Assembly (NCBI GenBank): GCA_002409595.1
Contig: DHNQ01000029.1
Coordinates: forward strand, 400,839 to 464,838
DNA: 64,000 bases
Direction: 5' to 3'
From: Dysgonomonas sp. UBA5412
GTDB taxonomy: Bacteria; Bacteroidota; Bacteroidia; Bacteroidales; Dysgonomonadaceae
Shown here: one piece after another, positions 57,629 to 64,000 of the stretch
How positions within the stretch are numbered: position 1 is the first letter of the stretch
Layout: every line of letters begins with the position of its first letter
Position numbers and translations under genes: made by a program
The notes under the pieces: generated by a model
Told to the model about the DNA's origin: nothing
The model's database searches: none
Seen by the model: only the letters and a program-made list of their open reading frames with translations

Positions 57629-58117
57629 ATGAAACAAGAGGTAAAAAGAGATGAATTGTTTTTAGAAATGATACACCAGAATGAGGGTATTATTTATAAA
57701 GTCGTTTCTTTTTATGCTGATGCAGAACACCCCATTGGAGATTTATATCAGGAAGTGGTCTTGAACCTTTGGAAATCATATCCTTCATTCAGAGGAGAAA
57801 GCAAATATTCTACATGGATATATCGCATTGCATTAAACACATGTGTATCGTTCTATCGCCGCAATAAAAAAAATGTAACGTATGTGGATATTTCTGTCGA
57901 CATGCCGGAAATAGAAGACAGCAGTGAAGAAATTCAGGAACTTTACAAACTGATCAATTGCTTAGGCAAAATAGAGCGCGCCTTAGTATTACTTTATTTA
58001 GACGACAAGTCGTATAAAGAAATAGCTGAGATAACAGGACTATCGGTAACTAATGTGGCTACAAAGCTGAGCCGGATAAAAGAAAAGTTAAGACTAATGT
58101 CTAACGGACAAAACTAA
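57629..58117 (+). CDS. ECF sigma factor
   Basis: 'DLYQEVVLNLW', 'STWIYRIALNTC', region 4 'SYKEIAEITGLSVTNVATKLSRIK'. Confidence 0.95.
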   Translation: MKQEVKRDELFLEMIHQNEGIIYKVVSFYADAEHPIGDLYQEVVLNLWKSYPSFRGESKYSTWIYRIALNTCVSFYRRNKKNVTYVDISVDMPEIEDSSEEIQELYKLINCLGKIERALVLLYLDDKSYKEIAEITGLSVTNVATKLSRIKEKLRLMSNGQN

Positions 58118-58122
58118 TAGTT

Positions 58123-58701
58123 ATGGATTTAGATAATATAAAGAAAAAATGGCAGGAGACAGAGATAAAGCCGAATCTTGAAACAGAAAAGATTTGCGCC
58201 ATGCTGTCGAACAAAGGATACAGTGCCTTCAACAGTTTACTCCGATACGAAAAGATGGGAATGATAGCGATGGTAGCCTGTTTGGGCTTAGGCTATTTGA
58301 TATTCTCAAGATACCCGTTGATAGTCATTATATATTGCACTTCTGCAACATTCGGTTTTTTCTGGCAATTGTATAAATGGAAAAAACTAAAAAATACAAA
58401 TATTGCCGAAATGACAATCATGGAAGTATCTACCTTATTTTATTGGTATAGGAAAGTGATATACAAAGAGTTTTTCTTAGGAGTAGTATGGTTTATATTA
58501 TTTTTTATCATACTCGGATATTTGGAAATTACACATGACCCTTCATTCAGAAGCCTTCGCATCACAATATTTATTGCCGGAGCCTTTATTGGTTTAATAG
58601 GCGCAATTGTTACTTATAAATTAATGTATTGGAACAATATAAAAAAGCTCGCTACGGCAATAAAAGAAGTAGAGGAATTTGAAGAAGAAAATCATAAATA
58701 A
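58123..58701 (+). CDS. Four-TM membrane protein, putative anti-sigma factor
   Basis: 'MDLDNIKKKW' N-terminus, four hydrophobic segments, 5 nt after the sigma gene. Confidence 0.65.
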   Translation: MDLDNIKKKWQETEIKPNLETEKICAMLSNKGYSAFNSLLRYEKMGMIAMVACLGLGYLIFSRYPLIVIIYCTSATFGFFWQLYKWKKLKNTNIAEMTIMEVSTLFYWYRKVIYKEFFLGVVWFILFFIILGYLEITHDPSFRSLRITIFIAGAFIGLIGAIVTYKLMYWNNIKKLATAIKEVEEFEEENHK

Positions 58702-58717
58702 CTTAATATCACAAACG

Positions 58718-59641
58718 ATGAGAACAAACAAGTTTATTCTTTCCTTATTTACATTATTATTAGTAATAACTCAAATCTCAATTGCACAGAATTCAGATAA
58801 ATATACAGGATCTCTACTTTGGAAGATATCAGGAAACAACCTGAACCAACCTTCTTATATACTAGGAACACACCATCTGGCGCATGTCAGTTTTGTAGAT
58901 AGTATTGCAGGATTGAAAAAAACGCTTAATGATGTTGATCAGATTGTAGGCGAATTAGTATTGGACGATATGCCTGCTTTGCAAACACAAATGCAACAAG
59001 CCGCATTGATGCCCAAAGGAGAAACTTATGCCGACCTGCTTACTAAGGATGAACTTCAAACCTTAGACGCGGGACTAAAAAGTCTTTTCACCGTCGGGCT
59101 CGAACAATTTGGACAATTAAAACCGGGAATGCTATCCTCTCTATATACTGTAACAATGTATGCTAAACAGCATCCTGAATTCAACCCGATGTCTCACGAA
59201 GCAATAGATGCCTATGTGCAACGGATAGGTAAAGAAAATGGCAAAAGCATTCTTGGACTTGAAACAATAGACGACCAGATATATGCACTATTTAATGCAG
59301 AGCCATTAAAGGATCAGGCCAAATCTCTAGTTTGTTTGACACAGAACATTAATACGATAGAAAAACTGATGGATAAATTGAATGAATATTACAAAACCGG
59401 CAATCTGGCAGAGATGTATAATCTGTCTTTCAATAATCCAGAAGACCCTTGTCCAACCTCAGCTATTGCAAAAAGTGCTTTATCAACAGACAGAAACAAT
59501 AAATGGTTAGAAAAACTACCGGCAATTATGAACGAAAAATCAAATCTGATAGCAGTAGGAGCTTTACATCTTGTCGGAGAAGACGGATTACTTATCCAAT
59601 TATCCAACATGGGCTATACAGTGGAAGCTGTAAAAGAATAA
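58718..59641 (+). CDS. TraB/GumN (Tiki-like) exported metalloprotein
   Basis: Signal peptide; 'SLLWKISG', 'YILGTHH', 'GLET', 'RNNKW', 'AVGALHL'. Likely start ATG 58718. Confidence 0.9.
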   Translation: MRTNKFILSLFTLLLVITQISIAQNSDKYTGSLLWKISGNNLNQPSYILGTHHLAHVSFVDSIAGLKKTLNDVDQIVGELVLDDMPALQTQMQQAALMPKGETYADLLTKDELQTLDAGLKSLFTVGLEQFGQLKPGMLSSLYTVTMYAKQHPEFNPMSHEAIDAYVQRIGKENGKSILGLETIDDQIYALFNAEPLKDQAKSLVCLTQNINTIEKLMDKLNEYYKTGNLAEMYNLSFNNPEDPCPTSAIAKSALSTDRNNKWLEKLPAIMNEKSNLIAVGALHLVGEDGLLIQLSNMGYTVEAVKE

Positions 59642-59643
59642 GG

Positions 59644-60024
59644 CTAAACGAGATTTCTTATAATCCAGAATAATAGAATAACAATCAGTATTCCCCATAC
59701 CGATATTTTAGAATAAAGAGCTTTCCTCAGTCGGGGAAAGCTTTCTTTTCCTCCAAAATATTCGAGATATAAGCAAAGCAAGACATATGGTATAGCAATT
59801 ACCAACAGAGGGTTGCTAAAAAAAGATTCTTTTATTCGCAGATGCAACAAATGATGGATAGCCCGCTGCGACCCGCATCCGGGACAATCTAAACCTGTCA
59901 TTTTATGAAAAGTACATTGTGGAAAAAAATCATTTTCAGCAGGGCTAAACAGATAATAAAATACTCCCCCGATTATGATAAGAATCATAATAATAACCAA
60001 TCGAAGGATATATTTCTTTTCCAT
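59644..60024 (-). CDS. DUF2752 membrane protein
   Basis: 'CTFHKMTGLDCPGCGSQRA'. Confidence 0.85.
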   Translation of the reverse strand: MEKKYILRLVIIMILIIIGGVFYYLFSPAENDFFPQCTFHKMTGLDCPGCGSQRAIHHLLHLRIKESFFSNPLLVIAIPYVLLCLYLEYFGGKESFPRLRKALYSKISVWGILIVILLFWIIRNLV

Positions 60025-60070
60025 CGTCTATCTTTTAAAGTTTACCGATCGCACCCTACCCTATACAGAT

Positions 60071-60610
60071 TCAGAAAAAAAACAGACCTAACATGCTACC
60101 GAATATTATCAAAACCACATAGCAAGCCGGAATAAACAACAAGCCTATCAGTGCCCACAGTTTAGCCTTATTGGCATACTCCTGAGCCTTTGCATAATCT
60201 TTTGCATAATACAGAGACTCTACTTTAGCAGCATAAAAGACACCTACAATACTGATGGGGGAACAACAGAAAAGTGATATTAATATAGACTCTATCAGCC
60301 AGTTTTTAGGCATCTGGATGATATCGTCAAAACTGCTCGATTCTGGGTTATTATAACTATCGGCACGTTTGGGAGCTACATCTTTGACAGAAGGTTGCTT
60401 ATCAAAAGGCTGTTCATTTTGCTTAGGCTCAGATGTGTTCTTATCAAACAAGAACCTCAATTCTTCTACATCTCCTGCCTCTACCCAATCTGCCATACCC
60501 GAACGCCAAACCATCGTATTACGGGCTATCGGATGACGACGAAGATCGCCTATAGCAATAGGGCCACGCTGCTGTTTGCTTGCAGCGTCTATATAATAAT
60601 ATTTTACCAT
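60071..60610 (-). CDS. GYF_2 + CD225/dispanin domain protein
   Basis: N-terminal 'QQRGPI...TMVWRSGMADW'; C-terminal 'PKNWLIESILISLFCCSP..IVGVFYAAKV...G/A.A...A'. Confidence 0.85.
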   Translation of the reverse strand: MVKYYYIDAASKQQRGPIAIGDLRRHPIARNTMVWRSGMADWVEAGDVEELRFLFDKNTSEPKQNEQPFDKQPSVKDVAPKRADSYNNPESSSFDDIIQMPKNWLIESILISLFCCSPISIVGVFYAAKVESLYYAKDYAKAQEYANKAKLWALIGLLFIPACYVVLIIFGSMLGLFFF

Positions 60611-60640
60611 TAAGAAAATTTCGGATTTACAAGCTTCCGA

Positions 60641-63019
60641 TTATTTGAATATTTTATCTATCCCCACCGAAGTATTGTTACTATTGGATGGCACATCGTC
60701 TTCACTTGTACTTCTATCACAAACACCATAACCCGGAACGGAGACAAATTGGTCATTTTGTTTGTAACCAAGTTTAGGATTCTCATATACTTTCTTCATA
60801 AACAGACCAAATATAGGCAGAGCCATAGCTGCACCTTGTCCGTCGATAGTACGGTCGAAGTGAATGGAACGATCTTCACCACCTACCCAACATCCGGCTG
60901 CCAGCTTAGGCGTGAAACCCATATACCATCCATCAGAGTTATTTTGAGTAGTACCTGTTTTTCCTCCCATCGGAGCTGTTATTCCGTAGTTCCTTCTGAC
61001 ACGTCCTCCCGTTCCGCCATCCACTACGCCTCTGAGCATATCAAGCATTTTAACATAAGAGCCTTCGCTAAATACCTCTTCGAGTTTAGGAGTAAAAGAT
61101 GCAATTGTATTTCCCGAACGGTCTTCGATATGTGTTATATATAAAGGTACGGAGCGAACCCCCTTGTTAGCAAAAGCCGTATATGCTGCCGTCATTTCGG
61201 CTACAGACACATCGTGCGTACCCAATGCCATAGAAACAACAGGGTCGATATGACCAGTAATACCGAATGAATGAAGCAAACGGGCAAATGTATAAGGTGA
61301 TGTCCTACTCATCAGATATGCAGTAACAAGGTTATCTGAATTTTGGAGTCCCCACTTTATAGTTACTTTTTCTCCAAATTTGGCAGAACGCCCTCCGCGA
61401 GGAGTCCATTCCTTTCCTGTTTCGGTTATCAAGGTTTGAGGTACATAAAGCATTTCGTCGCAAGGAGTTGCACCTTCTTCCATAGCCAGTGTATAAAGAT
61501 ATGGTTTGATAGTAGATCCTACCTGACGGCGTCCCATATTGACCATATCATATTGGAAATATTTGTAATCTATTCCCCCTACATAAGCTTTCACATAGCC
61601 TGTATAAACGTCCATCGCCATAAATCCGGTTCTCAGGAAACTCTTGTGATAGCGAATAGAGTCCCACGGAGTCATCACGGTATCTATTTCGCCTTTCCAC
61701 GAAAAGACTTTCATATCAACCGGTTTTTTGAACTCTGTATATATTTCTTTTTCGGAAAGACCGTCTCTTTTCAGACTTCTATATCTGTCGGTATTCTTCA
61801 TTGACCGATAGAGTAATGTGTCCACATCTTTTGCTACCGACGAAGAGAATGGAGCATATTTACGTCCTTTCTTTTCTTTATCAAAAGCGGGTTGTAATTC
61901 TTTACTAAAATGTTCGGCAACAGCTTCTTCTGCATATTGCTGCATCTGAGAGTCTATGGTAGTATAGATTTTAAGACCGTCAGTCGACAAACTATAACTG
62001 CTTCCATCAGGTTTTTTATTCTTATTACACCATCCATAAAGAGGATTTGTTTCCCAGCTAACCGAATCGGCAGCGTATTGCTCCTTTTGCCACGAAGCAT
62101 AATTATCCTTATTGGGTTTCTTTGCATTCAGCGTTATTCTCAAATATTCTCTCAGATAAGGAGCTAATCCTGCATTATGGCTGGCTCGTCTATAATCAAG
62201 CTTCAGCGGTTTTACTTTTAAAGTATCAAACTGCTGTTCGCTGATATAATCATATTTCTCCATTTGAGAAAAGACTACGTTTCTGCGATTTTGAGTAAGT
62301 TCGGGTCTTATACGAGGATTATATAACGAAGAATTGTTACACATCCCAACAAGCATTGCCGCCTCCTCGATAGTAAGGTCTTTCGGCTTTTTGCCAAAAT
62401 AAACTTGTGCAGCCGACTGGATACCGACAGCATTGTTTCCAAAATCGTACTGATTGAAATAGAGATTAATTATTTCTTCTTTTGTGTAGTATCGTTCCAA
62501 TTTTACAGCTATAACCCACTCTATCGGTTTGCGCAAAAACACACGTACCATCCAATTTTCGGCAGGGGGTGAGTACAATTGTTTCGCCAATTGCTGTGTA
62601 ATGGTACTACCTCCACTGGTTTTATGTCCCGACAAGGTTTGTACTACTGCCCGTGTAAGTCCGATAATATCTATTCCCGAATGAGAAAAATATCGGGTAT
62701 CTTCTGTCGCCACAAGTGCCTGTACCAAATAAGGAGGAAGTTCGTCGTAACTGGAATAGATACGATTATTTCTGACCAGAGAATAAGTCCCCAACTGAAC
62801 ACCATCTGAGGAATAGACTTGAGAAGCATACTTGTCTATCGGATTTTCCAATTCTTCCACATCCGGCATATATCCGATCACCCCTGTGCTGATAAGGGTG
62901 AACAGAGTAATAACAAGAGCCACGATACAAGCAAAAATCAACCACAATGTTTTTACTATTTGCTTGGGTGTAAATTTATTTAGAAATTTATTTTTCTTCT
63001 TTTTTGTTTTCCTATCCAT
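60641..63019 (-). CDS. Class A penicillin-binding protein (PBP1A-type)
   Basis: 'ATEDTRY', 'GGSTITQQLAK', transpeptidase 'STIK', 'SDN', 'KTGT'. Likely start ATG 63019. Confidence 0.93.
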   Translation of the reverse strand: MDRKTKKKKNKFLNKFTPKQIVKTLWLIFACIVALVITLFTLISTGVIGYMPDVEELENPIDKYASQVYSSDGVQLGTYSLVRNNRIYSSYDELPPYLVQALVATEDTRYFSHSGIDIIGLTRAVVQTLSGHKTSGGSTITQQLAKQLYSPPAENWMVRVFLRKPIEWVIAVKLERYYTKEEIINLYFNQYDFGNNAVGIQSAAQVYFGKKPKDLTIEEAAMLVGMCNNSSLYNPRIRPELTQNRRNVVFSQMEKYDYISEQQFDTLKVKPLKLDYRRASHNAGLAPYLREYLRITLNAKKPNKDNYASWQKEQYAADSVSWETNPLYGWCNKNKKPDGSSYSLSTDGLKIYTTIDSQMQQYAEEAVAEHFSKELQPAFDKEKKGRKYAPFSSSVAKDVDTLLYRSMKNTDRYRSLKRDGLSEKEIYTEFKKPVDMKVFSWKGEIDTVMTPWDSIRYHKSFLRTGFMAMDVYTGYVKAYVGGIDYKYFQYDMVNMGRRQVGSTIKPYLYTLAMEEGATPCDEMLYVPQTLITETGKEWTPRGGRSAKFGEKVTIKWGLQNSDNLVTAYLMSRTSPYTFARLLHSFGITGHIDPVVSMALGTHDVSVAEMTAAYTAFANKGVRSVPLYITHIEDRSGNTIASFTPKLEEVFSEGSYVKMLDMLRGVVDGGTGGRVRRNYGITAPMGGKTGTTQNNSDGWYMGFTPKLAAGCWVGGEDRSIHFDRTIDGQGAAMALPIFGLFMKKVYENPKLGYKQNDQFVSVPGYGVCDRSTSEDDVPSNSNNTSVGIDKIFK

Positions 63020-63238
63020 ATAGTATAAATAAATGCGAATCTTAAGCACCTGCAAATTTATATAAAACGTTTCAATATTGTAGATAAAAAAGCTTAAATG
63101 GTTAAAATCCTTTAAGGACAATGTTTTTTCCCGTTGCCTTTTGACGATCAGAAACATATATTTTCAAGAGAATACATATTCTTTATCTATATGATAGATT
63201 AAACATTTGAGAATTTTTTTATTTTAACTTTTAAGATT

Positions 63239-63805
63239 ATGGCAAAATACACACCACGATTGGTAAATAAAATTGTATCCCTGATAGAAGCGGATACTTA
63301 TACAATAAGCGAAATATGCGAAACTCTGCGCATAAGCAGAAATAGTTTTTATGAATGGAAAAGGGAAAGACCGGAATTTGCAGCCATGATAGATGATGCA
63401 ATGGAACGCCGAGACGAGATGTTGCTGCTAAAAGCGCGCCGGTCGCTGATGGAAAAACTGGATGGATATACAGTAAGGGAAGTGAAGGTTACGTACGAAC
63501 CTGACAAATATGATACGGAACAAATGAAGATAAAATCAAAAGTGATAAAAACAAAAGAATGTCCACCGGATATGGCTACGATCAAGCTCGTACTGGAACG
63601 CAACGACAGGAAGAAAGCTTCTGCCCAAAGGGAGTCTATTGAGGAAACTCAGCCGGCTGTGATTATTGTGCAAGACGAGGAAACGAAAACAAATTTGGAA
63701 ATACTACGTCTGAACGGGGGTGAACCGGGCGGAGCTTTGATTTATAAGAAAGAAGGTGATATAATTGTAAAACGAAAAGAGGGCGAAAAGTGTACAACTT
63801 TGTAA
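63239..63805 (+). CDS. Phage terminase-small-subunit-like HTH protein (orphan)
   Basis: 'ISEICETLRISRNSFYEWKRERPEFA', 'ARRSL...GYT..E', 'PPDMATIKLVL'. Confidence 0.6.
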   Translation: MAKYTPRLVNKIVSLIEADTYTISEICETLRISRNSFYEWKRERPEFAAMIDDAMERRDEMLLLKARRSLMEKLDGYTVREVKVTYEPDKYDTEQMKIKSKVIKTKECPPDMATIKLVLERNDRKKASAQRESIEETQPAVIIVQDEETKTNLEILRLNGGEPGGALIYKKEGDIIVKRKEGEKCTTL

Positions 63806-63847
63806 CCTTTTAGTTAAAAAGAAGCAAGGCTGCGGCATACGAAAAGA

Positions 63848-64000
63848 TCACAGTGGGTCTACATCGTAATGCAACAGAATAGGACGCAGATCGGTATTAT
63901 CGAATACAGCAGCCTGATGGAAATGAATAATATCCCTTACTTTTTGGATAGATGCTGTATTCTCTATTTTGAGTAGTATATTTCGGATATATAGCGACTG
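63848..64000 (-). CDS. priA: Primosomal protein N', 3' end only
   Basis: Minus-strand frame ...QSLYIRNILLKIE...LHYDVDPL* resembles the PriA C-terminus (DVDP motif). Confidence 0.75.
   Translation of the reverse strand, partial: QSLYIRNILLKIENTASIQKVRDIIHFHQAAVFDNTDLRPILLHYDVDPL

Noticed and set aside
925-63603. About 60 short ORFs in the track that lie antisense to, or in another frame of, long conserved genes (e.g. 1156..1680, 17743..18177, 46330..46782, 55004..55594)
   Set aside because: Shadow frames of well-supported genes with no recognisable motifs.
1-64000. CRISPR arrays, rRNA, riboswitches, retron/DGR reverse transcriptase, invertible promoters
   Set aside because: None recognisable by eye; an Infernal/Rfam and CRISPR scan would be needed to exclude weak ncRNA hits.

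Overview
AT-rich Bacteroidota (Bacteroidales) chromosome segment. A Dysgonomonas-like origin is an inference from gene content and from TTTG-N19-21-TAnnTTTG promoters. Most of the window is core housekeeping: kdsB, yidC, pyrG, fabG, rlmH, mnmE, rsmG, gcvP, asnA, rnc-fabF-acpP, purN, class I fumarase, thrS-infC-rpmI-rplT, def, ruvX, lptB, ilvE, PBP1A and the 3' end of priA, plus one tRNA-Arg(CCG). I found no rRNA, CRISPR array or intact prophage. Accessory material comprises a secreted 686-aa QVTIG-type protein, a TetR-controlled 1417-aa double-ATPase CoA-activase-like gene, a decayed integrative element at the mnmE 3' end, a wza-wza-wzc module inside a housekeeping operon, and an orphan terminase-small-subunit-like gene. 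The best leads are: (1) a second peptide deformylase with a lipoprotein signal peptide, divergent from an ECF sigma/anti-sigma/TraB-protease unit; (2) one 27-bp palindrome (YTGCACAY-N11-GTGTGCAR) present both at the tetR-fabG promoter and between acpP-fabF and purN, a candidate fatty-acid regulon operator; (3) an unannotated decayed copy of the 3' end and terminator of the 686-aa gene at about 28.0 kb, at the edge of the mnmE element. All family assignments come from motif recognition by eye; no searches were run, so novelty claims need checking.
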